NCBI GenBank assembly: GCA_965215125.1
Contig: OZ244052.1
Location: 2,048,001 to 2,112,000, forward strand
Direction of reading: 5' to 3'
Source of the DNA: an uncultured candidatus Porisulfidus sp.
GTDB lineage: Bacteria; Pseudomonadota; Gammaproteobacteria; Poriferisulfidales; Oxydemutatoraceae
DNA length: 64,000 bases
Below are positions 52,528 to 61,780 of the stretch, one piece after another. The notes under the pieces are model-generated. The model was not told the origin of the DNA, made no database searches, and saw nothing but the letters and a program-made list of their open reading frames with translations. Positions within the stretch are counted from its first letter, which is position 1, and every line of letters begins with the position of its first letter. The translations under genes and the position numbers were made by a program.

Positions 52528-53437
52528 CTAGGTATTCCAATCGTATTCCGAGAAAAAATCATATTTTTCAATAAGTGCTGCGATGTTGCGTTTTTCGTCT
52601 TTCGTCCAGTCATATCCATTGCGACTCTTATGAACTTCTTTATTAACTACGGAGACGCAATCATCCAGATAATCGGGAGAGACGGGTACTTGTAAAAAAT
52701 CGCAAATTTTAGCTAATTGTGAACGGGGATTCGCAACCATAGCTTCATGTCTAGCCATAAATACATTTTGAGGGTCGCTGTTTTTAAGAATTTCGACATT
52801 TTTCTCACAGAGATCTAAAAGTATATCTGCACTTTGCTTTTTTGCATATTTACTGTAAATGGTTCCTTCAGTATGCCACATTTTGGAACTATGTCTTTGC
52901 ATTGTTGCGTATATATCGTAAGGGTTACGGACTGTGAAAATAAATTTTAGGCCTATATTTCTTTCCGCTAATTTTTCTCTTAGGTCTTTTAGCATAGGAA
53001 CTTTGAAATCCTCTAGGTTCCATTCAGAGTCTTTGTTTCCTATGACTTTCAATTGTTTGAAAGAGCCTTGATACTGATTGGGAATTAAAATATACCTTGC
53101 TATTCTCTTTTTATAGGGACCTCTTCTGTATATTTGTATGTATGTTCATTATTTTTGTTAATATTTTATTATGATACATATTATGAAGTGACGGCATTCT
53201 TTTATCATGCTCTAACAGCCGATTAAATATTTTGTTCAAGTCACTTATTCCGTGTTTTTGTATGTATTGAATAGGATAAAATGCTTCATCGGCCATAACG
53301 ATATTAGGATGTGCCGTCAGCAAATAACCTAGTAATGAACCACCGGATCGAGGGAAACCGAATGTTAACGACATTATCCGAATATGCTTATAAGGTTGTT
53401 TGTGATTTTTAGAGATATATTTGAAGAAAGTTCTCAT
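52528..53437 (-). pseudogene. Sulfotransferase family protein, frameshifted near 53110-53145
   Basis: GFPRSGGSLLG.LL.AHP (5'-PSB loop) in ORF 53111-53437; YILIPNQYQG..KVIGNK, VRNPYD, HE.MV..P in the downstream frame. Confidence 0.75.
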
Positions 53438-53639
53438 GTTATCGCCTCTTCGGATATGCCGGAGGACTGATAGGCTAATATATTGTACAGGCCGGTTTCA
53501 TTATGACCCATATGTTGCTTCCTTATGGTCACTCTTATGTCGTTGGATTAAGTTTTTTGACTTTTCTAGCTTATCGGAAAAACTTATTTTAGCATTAGAT
53601 ACTAAATTCGTGGAGAATGTCAGGTTGATCTACGAGATT

Positions 53640-54653
53640 TTAATTATTCGGGCTTTGGTAAGTGCCTTCGGATGCTTGGCTATTGAGATATGCCAGCTCT
53701 CCGAATGTTTGTTGTGCTTCTGCGGTCTTGGATTCACCCCACAATTTCATTGCTTGCTGTTGTAGTCCGCGACCGTACGAAAAAGTGAGCCGCCATGGCG
53801 CACCTTCGCGTAATGCAAGACGATTGATTGCATCCAAATGGGCGGTTGCTTTTTCATCGCTTTGTCCGCCGGAAAGAAAAGCAATACCGGGAACCGCCGC
53901 CGGCACGGTAGATTTCAAGCAGGCAAGGGTATGTTCGGCAACCGTATTCACATCGGCTTGATCGGGACAATCGCTTCCCGATAAAACCATATTAGGTTTT
54001 AATACAATTCCGTTTAGCTGGACACCTTGAGTACGTAATTCACGAAACACTTCGTTTTGAGTACATTCGCTAACTTCATAGCAATCTTCTATACTGTGTT
54101 GTCCGTCCATGAGCACCTCGGGTTCGACGATAGGCACTATATTTTGTTCTTGACATAATGCCGCATAACGCGCCAGCGCATGGGCATTCGCATGGATACA
54201 AGCCGAAGACGGCATATCGCCGCCAATAGTAATGACCGCACGCCATTTTGCGAAACGCGCACCCATCTCGGCGTATTCTTTCAGACGCTCGCGCAACCCG
54301 TCCAAACCTTCGGTAATCTTTTCACCTTCGTAGCCGGCGAGTGCTTTGGCACCTTGGTCTACTTTGATTCCGGGAATAATGCCTCTAGCTTCAAGGTGTT
54401 TCGCAAAAGGGACACCGTCGTCGGTTTTTTGGCGTATCGTTTCGTCAAAGAGGATAGCGGCGGAGATGTATTGTTCTATGTCGGGTGTGGTGACCAAAAC
54501 GCTACGATAGCTTTTGCGGTTCTCTTCGGTTGTAGGGATGCCTAACTTTGCAAAACGTTTGTCGCAGGTAGGCTTGCTTTCGTCCATTGCCAAGATACCT
54601 TTGCCGGGTGCGACCATGGCTTGGGCGGTCGCGTGCAGTGTTTCCGAATTCAT
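53640..54653 (-). CDS. Class I fructose-bisphosphate aldolase
   Basis: KGILAMDES, GIKVD.G, FAKWR, VPIVEPEV, LKPNMV, TFSYGR. Confidence 0.95.
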   Translation of the reverse strand: MNSETLHATAQAMVAPGKGILAMDESKPTCDKRFAKLGIPTTEENRKSYRSVLVTTPDIEQYISAAILFDETIRQKTDDGVPFAKHLEARGIIPGIKVDQGAKALAGYEGEKITEGLDGLRERLKEYAEMGARFAKWRAVITIGGDMPSSACIHANAHALARYAALCQEQNIVPIVEPEVLMDGQHSIEDCYEVSECTQNEVFRELRTQGVQLNGIVLKPNMVLSGSDCPDQADVNTVAEHTLACLKSTVPAAVPGIAFLSGGQSDEKATAHLDAINRLALREGAPWRLTFSYGRGLQQQAMKLWGESKTAEAQQTFGELAYLNSQASEGTYQSPNN

Positions 54654-54769
54654 AACAGACGATTATACGAATTTGACGAAGTTTTTCAATGTTTGTAGAA
54701 CCACGAGTTAAAGTCCACCCTCAAGGGAAATGATCGGGGGCGGAATAGGGGTGTCGGCAGGAATAAAAG

Positions 54770-54982
54770 CTAAAAAAATAATTTTATCAGTATAGCGACA
54801 TTCATAACAAATATTAAGCCTAATACCCAACGCATATATTTAAGCTCTATTTCTAGCCTTGTTATATCCGCCTTCGTTGCTACGTCCTTTGAACTTGCAA
54901 CATCGGCGATCGCTTCCTTTATCTCCGTATCGGTTGCATCAGGTATACGCTTAAATAAATTATATAGAGATATTTCTGACAT
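54770..54982 (-). CDS. Small DUF1640/CCDC90-like coiled-coil protein with C-terminal TM helix
   Basis: VATKADI..LE....RW + hydrophobic tail; AGGAGT RBS and TGGTAAAAT extended -10 upstream. Confidence 0.7.
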   Translation of the reverse strand: MSEISLYNLFKRIPDATDTEIKEAIADVASSKDVATKADITRLEIELKYMRWVLGLIFVMNVAILIKLFF

Positions 54983-55034
54983 CTCTATTTACTCCTGCTA
55001 AAAGTCTAATTTTACCATATTTCTCCGATTCTAT

Positions 55035-55143
55035 CGGCTTAGCTCAAAACCTCCAACATGTTGAAGTTCTGCACAGCGTCGCTCCGATTGAACTTGTAAG
55101 GACGGACTTATATGTCCGCCTGGTAGCTCAATCGGCGGTTCTG
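55035..55143. repeat. Module B variant with REP hairpin overlapping the pyk stop
   Basis: catgttgaagttctgcacag...ccgattgaacttgtaaggacggacttatatgtccgcctggtagctcaatcggcggttct. Confidence 0.8.
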
Positions 55144-56585
55144 CCGACATGGATGATTTTCATTGCGTTGGTGCCGCCGTGTTGTCCTTTTTTATCGCCT
55201 TTGGTGATAATGACTACCGAGTCTTTATCAAAGCGGTGATAAGGTTTTAAGGCGTTGACGACTTCTTGATTAATGTCGCCGGAATGATCGCCTTGCAATA
55301 GTACCGGGTAGACACCGCGATAGAGCGTTACTTTACGGCAGGTTTCTACATGATGGGTGAGGGCATAAATCGGTATCTTAGAGACGAGGCGGGACAGCCA
55401 TTTGGTGGTAGACCCCGACTCGGTCATCGCCGCAATTGCCGAAACATTTAAGTGGTTTGCGGTGTAGATTGCCGAAAGCGCAATGGCTTGATCGAATTTA
55501 TATATCTGTTGGTTCAATAGATAATCGTTGCTGTGTTGGGTGATATCGCCTTGCTCGGCACCTTGACAAATACGGCTCATCGTTTTCACGACCAGTGCCG
55601 GATGTTTGCCGATTGCCGACTCGGCAGACAACATCAATGCGTCGGAACCGTCCAAGACGGCATTTGCGACATCCGATATTTCGGCTCGGGTCGGTACACT
55701 GCTGTCGATCATAGATTGCAACATCTCGGTTGCAGTGATGACGATGCAGTTATGTGCCCGTGCTTTAACGATGAGTTGTTTTTGCACCGCGGTCAAAGCT
55801 GCGTCTCCGATTTCAATGCTGAGATCGCCTCTGGCAATCATCACGCCGTCTACGACTTCGAGTATGTCGTCGATACAATCGAGTGCCTCGCTGCGTTCAA
55901 TTTTGGCAATCAGTGCGGCATTTCCACCCGCCTGTTGCATCAGTTTTTTTGCGTAAAGCATATCTTCGGGACTCTTGGGAAAGGAAACCGCTAGATAATC
56001 CACTCCTATCTTCGTTGCAAGTTCAATGTCCAATTTGTCTTTATCGGTGATGGTTTGTGCCGACAAACCGCCGCCGCGCCGATTGACACCTTTATTGTTC
56101 GATAGCACGCCATCGATTTTAACCGTCGTTATTACTTGTCGATCCTTTATTTGCTCTACTTCCAGAGTGATGCGACCGTCGTCGAGTAGTAGTTCGTCTC
56201 CTTTTTTGACATCTTTATAGAGGTCTGCATAACTTATGCCTACGCGATTCTCGTCGCCGGCGTTTTGTTCCAATCCGGCATCCAAAATGAAACGCTGTCC
56301 TGTTTTGAGTTCTATTCGGTCGTTGACGAAGCGTTGTATTCTTATTTTAGGTCCTTGCAAATCACCGAGTATACCAATGTGGTATTTTTTTTGTGCCGAT
56401 ACCTTGCGTACCAGTTGGGCGTGCCGAAGTTGCTCGTCGGCATCGCCGTGCGAGAAATTCATTCTGACCACATCTACACCGGCGTCTATGAGTTCTCTGA
56501 TTGTTTGCTCGTTGTCGGTAGCAGGACCTAAGGTCGTGATGATTTTTGTGGTTCTAGGTTTTTGGGCAGGATTGATTTCGGTCAT
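55128..56585 (-). CDS. pyk: Pyruvate kinase
   Basis: TKII.TLGPAT, RMNFSHG, DLQGPKIR, AKIER, MIARGDL. Confidence 0.97.
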   Translation of the reverse strand: MTEINPAQKPRTTKIITTLGPATDNEQTIRELIDAGVDVVRMNFSHGDADEQLRHAQLVRKVSAQKKYHIGILGDLQGPKIRIQRFVNDRIELKTGQRFILDAGLEQNAGDENRVGISYADLYKDVKKGDELLLDDGRITLEVEQIKDRQVITTVKIDGVLSNNKGVNRRGGGLSAQTITDKDKLDIELATKIGVDYLAVSFPKSPEDMLYAKKLMQQAGGNAALIAKIERSEALDCIDDILEVVDGVMIARGDLSIEIGDAALTAVQKQLIVKARAHNCIVITATEMLQSMIDSSVPTRAEISDVANAVLDGSDALMLSAESAIGKHPALVVKTMSRICQGAEQGDITQHSNDYLLNQQIYKFDQAIALSAIYTANHLNVSAIAAMTESGSTTKWLSRLVSKIPIYALTHHVETCRKVTLYRGVYPVLLQGDHSGDINQEVVNALKPYHRFDKDSVVIITKGDKKGQHGGTNAMKIIHVGRTAD

Positions 56586-56601
56586 CGTTAATGTGCCGGG
56601 T

Positions 56602-56917
56602 GAGGTTGTTGAAAAAGTATCCCCGAACTGTAGGGACGGTACATTCCCCTCCTGTAGAGGGGTGGCAGGCTTCGCCTGACGGGGTGGTGGTGTCGTATCT
56701 GCACTATTTTATAAATTCATCTAATTTATGGAAACCAAAACCATACGGCGCAAGCGGTTAGGTTTGTGCCGAACGGTAGTTAAGGGCAGACATCAGAGTT
56801 GCCGATTGACCTACCGGCTCAATCGGCGGCTTTATATTGTCTCTACAGGTGGTTTGGATAATTATGTGGCGCACAGCGGTTGGATTTGTTCGATGTCCGC
56901 ACTTTTTCAACAATCTC
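56602..56917. mobile_element. MITE-like element with 17-bp TIRs carrying modules A, D and B
   Basis: GAGGTTGTTGAAAAAGT ... ACTTTTTCAACAATCTC (16/17 match). Confidence 0.75.
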
Positions 56918-56980
56918 ATATGTCCGCCCGAATATATCCTATCTGTACGATTAGCGTATTTACTCATTGATTTTTGCAAA

Positions 56981-58183
56981 CTATACATCGTTTGCCGCCT
57001 TGTGTTTCAGCATCGTCAAGGCAGGCAATTCCTGTCCCGAGACAAGTTCCAGAAAAGCACCGCCGCCGGTAGAGATATACATATTATCTCTTTGCAGTTC
57101 AAACTTTTTTATTGCCGCAAGCGTATCTCCGCCACCGGCGACGACATGTGCCGAGCTTTGTTTGATCGCTTGCACGAGTGCCCGGGTGCCGTCGGCAAAG
57201 GGCGCATATTCAAAGGCACCGAGCGGACCGTTCCATAACACGCAATCGGCTTCGGCTATTGCATTGCCGTAGACGGCTTGTGTTGCCGTGCCTATATCCA
57301 ATATCATTTCGTCTGCCTGTACATTATCTATAGTTTTGCATACCGTGTTGCTGCTTTCCGATAATTCTTTTGCGCATATCACATCGGACGGCAACAACAG
57401 CCGCTTGTGTTGCTCTTTCATTTTATACTGTAACTCAACACCGAAGGAGACGAGGTCTTTTTCATACAACGAGCGTCCTATATTATAGCCGGTTGCGACA
57501 ATAAAGTTATTCGCGATGCCGCCGCCTATAATCAAGGTGTCTACATGTTCCGATAAAGCCGATAGTAGTTCTAGCTTGCCCGATACTTTAGAACCACCGA
57601 CAACGGCAACGCGTTGTAGATACGGTGGATCGTCGGTCTCGTTATTTCCTAGGGCGTTGCGAATCTCGTGGATTTCTCGTGCGAACAACGAACCTGCGCA
57701 AGCGGTTTTTGCATACTTTATGGCTTTGTGCGTGGAGGCGTGGGCGCGGTGTGCGCACCCGAAGGCGTTCATCACATAGATATCACAAAGATTTGCCAAG
57801 CGGCTTGCCAGTGTGTCGTCGTCTTCAAGCTCGCCGGATTCAAAACGGATATTTTCGTACATTATAAGTTCTCCGGGCTGCACGGTGATATCGCTCGAAT
57901 AATCGGAAACTAAAGATACGGTTTTACCCAGCAACTCGGATAAGTGCGATGCCACCGGCTGCAGGGAAAATGCCCGATTATTATCGCTTGTCTCGGGACG
58001 CCCCAAATGCGAGATCAGCGACAACGCGGCACCTGCATCTAAAGCTGTTTTTATATCGGGCAGGCAAGCACGAATTCTTTGATCGTCGCTTACCGTGCCT
58101 TCGTCAACGGGAACATTCATATCGACGCGCATCATCACTCGCTTGTTTGCGAGTGCGACTTGATCCATGCGTAGAAATTCCAT
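56981..58183 (-). CDS. pgk: Phosphoglycerate kinase
   Basis: RVDMNVP, SHLGRP, HRAHAS, GGSKVSGK, WNGP.G.FE, STGGGA. Confidence 0.97.
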   Translation of the reverse strand: MEFLRMDQVALANKRVMMRVDMNVPVDEGTVSDDQRIRACLPDIKTALDAGAALSLISHLGRPETSDNNRAFSLQPVASHLSELLGKTVSLVSDYSSDITVQPGELIMYENIRFESGELEDDDTLASRLANLCDIYVMNAFGCAHRAHASTHKAIKYAKTACAGSLFAREIHEIRNALGNNETDDPPYLQRVAVVGGSKVSGKLELLSALSEHVDTLIIGGGIANNFIVATGYNIGRSLYEKDLVSFGVELQYKMKEQHKRLLLPSDVICAKELSESSNTVCKTIDNVQADEMILDIGTATQAVYGNAIAEADCVLWNGPLGAFEYAPFADGTRALVQAIKQSSAHVVAGGGDTLAAIKKFELQRDNMYISTGGGAFLELVSGQELPALTMLKHKAANDV

Positions 58184-58212
58184 ATAGGTCCGAGAGCGAA
58201 TTATCGTTTAAT

Positions 58213-59226
58213 TTATTTTGTGCGCATCAATACTTCCGACATATCGATCATCCGACACGCATAAGCCCACTCGTTATCGTACCACGCCGACACCTTGACC
58301 AGAGTGTCTTGCATCACTTGGCTTAGGGTCGAGTCATAAACTGCCGATACCGGATTATGGTTGAAGTCGCAAGACACCAGAGGCTCATCGTTGTATGCGA
58401 TGATGCCTTGCATCGAACCCTGCGCCGCTGCGAGTACGGCATCGTTCACCGCTTGCTTGTTCGTAGGACCGGAGGCGGTAAAAGTGAAATCAACCAGAGA
58501 TACATTTAAGGTCGGAATACGCAACGCATAACCGTGCAATTTTCCGGCTAATTCCGGTAGCACCAACCCGACCGCCTTAGCCGCACCGGTTTTGGTCGGA
58601 ACGATAGAGGTCGTCGCCGATCGCGCCCGCCGCAGTTCTTTATGCGGAGAGTCAATCAATACCTGATCGTTGGTGTAGGCGTGTATCGTGGTCAATAAAC
58701 CGTGTTCTATGCCGACTGCCTCGGACAACACTTTGGCAACCGGGGCTAAGCAGTTCGTCGTACACGAGGCATTCGAAACGATGCGATCTTCGGCTTTTAA
58801 CAGCCCTTCGTTGACACCGTAGACCACGGTTGCATCTACATCGGCTTGGCCGGGTGCCGATATCAATACTTTGCGTGCACCGCCGTTCAAGTGTGCTTGT
58901 GCAAGTGCCTTGCTCTTGAACTTGCCGGTACATTCGCAAACCACATCCACACCGACTTCGTGCCAAGGAATCTTGGTCGGATCACGCTCCGAATAAACTC
59001 TAATCAAGTCCCCGTTGATACTCAGATGTTTATCGTCGGCGATCTGCACATCGGCGTTGAAATGGCCGTGTGTCGTGTCGTGTCGTGTCAGATACAATAC
59101 GGTTTCCAGATCGGTGCTTGCATTGATTGCAGCTAAGCGAATTTTATCGGTGCGACGATACTCGTATAAAGCTCGTACGATGCAACGCCCGATGCGCCCG
59201 TATCCGCTAATCGCGATGTTAATCAT
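58213..59226 (-). CDS. gap: Type I glyceraldehyde-3-phosphate dehydrogenase
   Basis: [30 protein letters not shown]. Confidence 0.95.
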   Translation of the reverse strand: MINIAISGYGRIGRCIVRALYEYRRTDKIRLAAINASTDLETVLYLTRHDTTHGHFNADVQIADDKHLSINGDLIRVYSERDPTKIPWHEVGVDVVCECTGKFKSKALAQAHLNGGARKVLISAPGQADVDATVVYGVNEGLLKAEDRIVSNASCTTNCLAPVAKVLSEAVGIEHGLLTTIHAYTNDQVLIDSPHKELRRARSATTSIVPTKTGAAKAVGLVLPELAGKLHGYALRIPTLNVSLVDFTFTASGPTNKQAVNDAVLAAAQGSMQGIIAYNDEPLVSCDFNHNPVSAVYDSTLSQVMQDTLVKVSAWYDNEWAYACRMIDMSEVLMRTK

Positions 59227-61231
59227 TGATACTCCTATGATGTTGGTTGATTAAAGATTGTGCCGTTGCGTAGATATTTTCTACGCTGAAGCCGAAGTGT
59301 TCGAATAAATCTTTGCCCGGTGCCGATGCGCCGTAGGTGTCTATGCCGATTATTGCGCCGTTTGTTCCTACATATCGGTACCACCAATCGCCTTTGCCGG
59401 CTTCTATCACTAATTTCGGAACCGTCGGCGGCAACACCGTTTCTCTATAGCTTTGCGGTTGGCGGTCGAAGACCTCGGCACAGGGTACCGACACTAAATT
59501 GACTCGATAATTGTCTTCGTTTAGCCGCTCGCAAAGCTGCGATGCCAATGCCACTTCGGAACCTGTTGCGATAATAATCAACGAAGGCTCCGAAGTTTCG
59601 CACAATAGATAAGCACCTTTGCATATAAGTTGTAATTGCTCGTCCGATCTATCGCAATGCACCAGAGTTTGTCGCGACAAAACCAGTGCACTCGGGTGAT
59701 CTTCGGCTTCTATCGCAGCTTTCCATGCGACTGCGGTCTCTACCGAGTCGCAAGGTCTCCACACATCCAAGCCGGGCATCAGGCGCAAACTGCCCAGATG
59801 TTCTATCGGTTGATGCGTAGGACCGTCTTCGCCTAGACCTATAGAATCGTGGGTATAGATAAAGACGACTTTTTTTCCCATCATTGCCGAAAGGCGTAAC
59901 GCATTGCGAGCGTAGTCCGAGAATACCAAAAAGGTAGCCGCAAACGGAATGAACCCGCCGTGCAGTGCGATGCCGTTGGCAATCGCCGACATCGCAAACT
60001 CGCGCACCCCGAAATAAATGTAGTTACCGTCGTGTTGTTCGGCATCTATGGCTCGGCTACCCTCCCATAGTGTGCCGTTTGAGCCTGCCAAATCGGCGGA
60101 GCCGCCGATTAATTCCGGCAAACATTCGCTGAACGATGCCAGTGTTCGACAGGAGGCTTGGCGAGTTGCGAGTGCTTTCTTTTGTTTGTGATTTTGTTCA
60201 ATCCATTGTGTTGCGCGGTTTTGCCAATCGCTCGGCAGTTTTCCGCGTATACGACGTTTGAATTCCTCTGCCAATTCGGGATATTCCGACCGATACGCAG
60301 CTAATTTTTCCTGCCAATTTGATTGTTGTATGTGGCCTTTTCCTTTGGCATCCCACGCCGAGCGTATCTCGTCCGGTATTTCAAACGGTGGGTGGTGCCA
60401 ATCTAAGGTTGCTCGGGCTTGTGCGATTGCCTCAAAGCCCAAAGGCGCACCGTGTACCGACTCACTGCCTTGCTTCGGTGAACCGTAGCCGATAATCGTT
60501 TTACAGCACAGCAAGCTGGGTGCCGGGTTTGAACGTGCGGCTTCAATCGCCTCGGCAATGGCGATGGGGTCGTGTCCGTCTATTTCGTGAATCACATGCC
60601 AGCCGTATGCTTCGAAACGCTTGGGTGTATCGTCGCCGAACCATTTTTGTACCGGTCCGTCTATAGAGATGCCGTTGTCGTCGTAAAAGACGATGAGCTT
60701 GCCGAGTTTCAAAGTCCCTGCCAGCGAGGACGCTTCGTGGGAGATGCCTTCCATCAAACAGCCGTCACCGGCGAATACATAGCTGTAATGATCGACGATA
60801 TTAAAGTTGCCACGGTTAAAATGTTGTGCCATAGTGCGTTCTGCAATCGCCATCCCGACTGCGTTTGCCAGCCCTTGCCCGAGCGGCCCGGTGGTGGCTT
60901 CTACGCCTACGGTGATACCGAACTCTGGATGTCCGGGCGTTGTCGAACCTAATTGTCTAAAGCGTGTAATGTCTGTTATGCCGAGCGGGTAGCCGCTGAG
61001 ATGCAGCAATGCATAATGCAACATGCAACCATGACCGTTTGAAAGCATAAAGCGATCTCTATCAAACCAAGTGCTATCGCCGGGGTTGTGTTTCAGATAA
61101 TCGTTCCATAATACCTCGGCGATATCCGCCATGCCCATAGGCATGCCGGGGTGCCCGGAGCGCGCTTTCTGTACGGCATCCATGCTCAGAGCTCTAATCG
61201 CATTAGCGAGCTGTTTACGGGGTGGCATCAC
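59219..61231 (-). CDS. tkt: Transketolase
   Basis: [33 protein letters not shown]. Confidence 0.98.
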   Translation of the reverse strand: MMPPRKQLANAIRALSMDAVQKARSGHPGMPMGMADIAEVLWNDYLKHNPGDSTWFDRDRFMLSNGHGCMLHYALLHLSGYPLGITDITRFRQLGSTTPGHPEFGITVGVEATTGPLGQGLANAVGMAIAERTMAQHFNRGNFNIVDHYSYVFAGDGCLMEGISHEASSLAGTLKLGKLIVFYDDNGISIDGPVQKWFGDDTPKRFEAYGWHVIHEIDGHDPIAIAEAIEAARSNPAPSLLCCKTIIGYGSPKQGSESVHGAPLGFEAIAQARATLDWHHPPFEIPDEIRSAWDAKGKGHIQQSNWQEKLAAYRSEYPELAEEFKRRIRGKLPSDWQNRATQWIEQNHKQKKALATRQASCRTLASFSECLPELIGGSADLAGSNGTLWEGSRAIDAEQHDGNYIYFGVREFAMSAIANGIALHGGFIPFAATFLVFSDYARNALRLSAMMGKKVVFIYTHDSIGLGEDGPTHQPIEHLGSLRLMPGLDVWRPCDSVETAVAWKAAIEAEDHPSALVLSRQTLVHCDRSDEQLQLICKGAYLLCETSEPSLIIIATGSEVALASQLCERLNEDNYRVNLVSVPCAEVFDRQPQSYRETVLPPTVPKLVIEAGKGDWWYRYVGTNGAIIGIDTYGASAPGKDLFEHFGFSVENIYATAQSLINQHHRSIND

Positions 61232-61420
61232 AAAAAGAATGTCAATTTTGTATTTTGTAAATCAGGGTGCATTTTGTGCCATAGTATACTACATAAATAT
61301 ATATCGGGCTATGATAAGCACTCGCCCTGAAAGCCGCAATGTTTATGCAACCGCAGTGTGAACTACATGCATAGGGTGAGGGAAAAATAAAGCTCTCGGC
61401 TAAAGATTTCCGGCTGATGA

Positions 61421-61504
61421 TACCGAGGGTGGGACTCGAACCCACACGGGTTTAACCCCACTGGATTTTGAGTCCAGCGCGTCTACCTGTTTCGCCACCT
61501 CGGC
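61421..61504 (-). tRNA. tRNA-Leu(CAA)
   Basis: GCCGAGGTGGCGAAACAGGTAGACGCG-CTGGA-CT-CAA-AA-TCCAG, long variable arm, GGTTCGAGTCC T-arm; followed by TCA, not CCA. Confidence 0.95.
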
Positions 61505-61780
61505 AGCAAGGCTACATTATAGACTAATCTATCCTATCTATACGATGAACCGTAGGGCAACGCCGGCATGCATCTACCTATGCATTTATCTTATATCGAA
61601 TAAGCCGGATTTTGATACTTGCTCTCCCTGAAGTATCGTTATTACAGAAACCTAACCGCTTATGCTATCAAATTAAGGTTGCTATAAATCAAATGGATTC
61701 AATGTATATAAATGTGCCGAATTATCCATTAAATGTTATAATTTGCCTACTGATTGCGCATCTATGAAATACACCTCTAT

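Noticed and set aside
61232-61420. Integrated island at the tRNA-Leu 3' end
   Set aside because: No integrase and no duplicated tRNA 3' end; tkt follows within ~190 bp. The non-encoded CCA is common and not notable.
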